DNA of 53,293 bases, taken from an uncultured Clostridia bacterium (lineage in GTDB: Bacteria; Bacillota; Clostridia; Oscillospirales; CAG-272). Shown one piece after another: positions 52,352-53,293 of this stretch (position 1 is the first letter of the stretch; each line of letters begins with the position of its first letter). The stretch spans positions 1-53,293 of the forward strand of contig CALWJW010000002.1 of NCBI GenBank assembly GCA_944381095.1. Direction: 5' to 3'. The notes beneath the pieces were generated by a model that ran no database searches, was not told the DNA's origin, and was given only the letters and a program-made list of their open reading frames with translations. The translations under genes and the position numbers were made by a program.

Positions 52352-53293
52352 TTATTCGACAAATTCGAATTCAAAGTCATAAATGCTTACAGTGTCGCCT
52401 TCCTTACAACCTGATTTTTCAAGTTCTTCGATTACGCCGTTGTCGCGTAAGACCTTTTGAAAATACATAAGAGATTCTCTGTCGGAAAAATTGATTGTTT
52501 GCATAAAATTGTAGAGCCAATCGGATTCTACTTCGTAAACACCGTTGTTTTTAGAGATATTTACAGATTTATCTGCCGGTTTTGAGTAATCTTCATCAAG
52601 ATATTCCTGCTCGTAAATTTTCATAGGCGGAAGTTTATCGAGCATTTTTACGATTTCTTCAAGTAAAACATTTATATTGTAAAGAGTTACGGCTGAAATA
52701 TACACAAGCTTGTATCCCTGTTCCGCAACATATTTTTCAAATCTGTCAATTTCTGATTTTTCCACATTGCAGATATCAAATTTGTTAGCAGCGACGATCC
52801 TCGGTCTGGACGCGAGCTCAAGACTGTATTTTTCAATTTCAGACGTAATGGTCTTCATGTCTGAAACAAGGTCGTTGCTTTCAGTTCCGGAAACGTCCAC
52901 TACATGCACAAGAATCCTGCATCTGTCAATATGTCTGAGAAAATCAAGTCCCAGACCTGCGCCGTCGGAAGCTCCTTCGATCAGACCGGGGATATCAGCG
53001 CATACAAATCCTTTGTTTCCTGCAAAATTAACGACACCGAGATTAGGCGAGAGAGTAGTAAAGTGGTATGCCGCAATTTTGGGCTTTGCAGAGCTTATCA
53101 CCGAGAGTATCGAGGATTTTCCGGCGCTCGGGAGCCCGACAAGTCCGACATCTGCAAGCATTTTAAGTTCAAGTATAACTTCGCGCTCCTGACCCTTTGT
53201 GCCCATTTTTGCAAACCTGGGGATTTGTCTTGTCGGCGTTGCAAAATGACGGTTTCCCCAACCGCCCCGACCGCCTTTACAGAGTACAAAATC
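52352..53293 (-). CDS. obg: GTPase Obg/CgtA, 5' end outside the window
   Basis: G1 is GLPSAGKSS, G3 is DIPGLIEGA and G4 is NKFD, with a C-terminal OCT domain (DTVSIYDFEFEF). The frame stays open to nt 53293 (DFVLCKGGRGGWGNRHF...). Confidence 0.9.
   Translation of the reverse strand, partial: DFVLCKGGRGGWGNRHFATPTRQIPRFAKMGTKGQEREVILELKMLADVGLVGLPSAGKSSILSVISSAKPKIAAYHFTTLSPNLGVVNFAGNKGFVCADIPGLIEGASDGAGLGLDFLRHIDRCRILVHVVDVSGTESNDLVSDMKTITSEIEKYSLELASRPRIVAANKFDICNVEKSEIDRFEKYVAEQGYKLVYISAVTLYNINVLLEEIVKMLDKLPPMKIYEQEYLDEDYSKPADKSVNISKNNGVYEVESDWLYNFMQTINFSDRESLMYFQKVLRDNGVIEELEKSGCKEGDTVSIYDFEFEFVE

Noticed and set aside
1-53293. I looked for CRISPR arrays, rRNA genes, intact IS elements, transposases or integrases, and known defence-system signatures.
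   Set aside because: I saw no spaced direct-repeat array, no rRNA-like conserved stretches and no transposase or integrase ORF other than the recombinase fragment at 1356-1670. The patatin and MazG genes have no cyclase, sensor or other defence partners.

Overview
This 53.3-kb window is chromosomal DNA from a low-GC Gram-positive bacterium, probably a Clostridia-class anaerobe. That placement is an inference from gene content and order: a yicC-remA-gmk-rpoZ-priA-def-fmt block, a preQ1-I riboswitch with queT, a minimal SufC/SufBD pair, a short MetH, and many TTGACA-17-TATAAT promoters. I can support about 47 protein genes, 2 tRNAs (Leu-CAG, Pro-CGG), one riboswitch, several intrinsic terminators and three decayed genes. 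I saw no rRNA, CRISPR array or intact IS, transposase or integrase. Most of the window is housekeeping: translation and replication, Fe-S assembly, and a LuxS-MetF-MetH methyl-cycle operon. There are three accessory patches. (i) 1.36-3.1 kb holds the remnant of an integrative element beside tRNA-Leu: a large serine recombinase C-terminal fragment, a gene with an in-frame TAG, and a MazG-like gene. (ii) 24.6-27.2 kb and 33.3-39.8 kb hold sugar-utilisation genes: two unassigned glycoside hydrolases, a GH29 fucosidase, UxaC and MATE pumps. (iii) 44.06-50.13 kb, beside tRNA-Pro, is the best candidate for an undescribed system. It is a compact one-strand cassette bracketed by two near-identical hairpins. 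It contains two stacked upstream ORFs, a terminator hairpin, and a hairpin that sequesters the Shine-Dalgarno (SD) site. These are followed by a soluble ABC-fold ATPase (Pfam PF09818-like, no established bacterial function) with a tandemly duplicated N-terminal module, translationally coupled to two ABC exporter half-transporters. Other oddities are a DUF1653-LuxS fusion, a frameshifted anaerobic sulfatase maturase, a GMP synthase gene lacking its glutaminase domain behind 23-bp tandem repeats, a YidC with a 160-aa acidic tail, and a zinc-ribbon/DUF4234/ABC-F coupled trio. All family calls are by-eye motif recognition; no database search was run.
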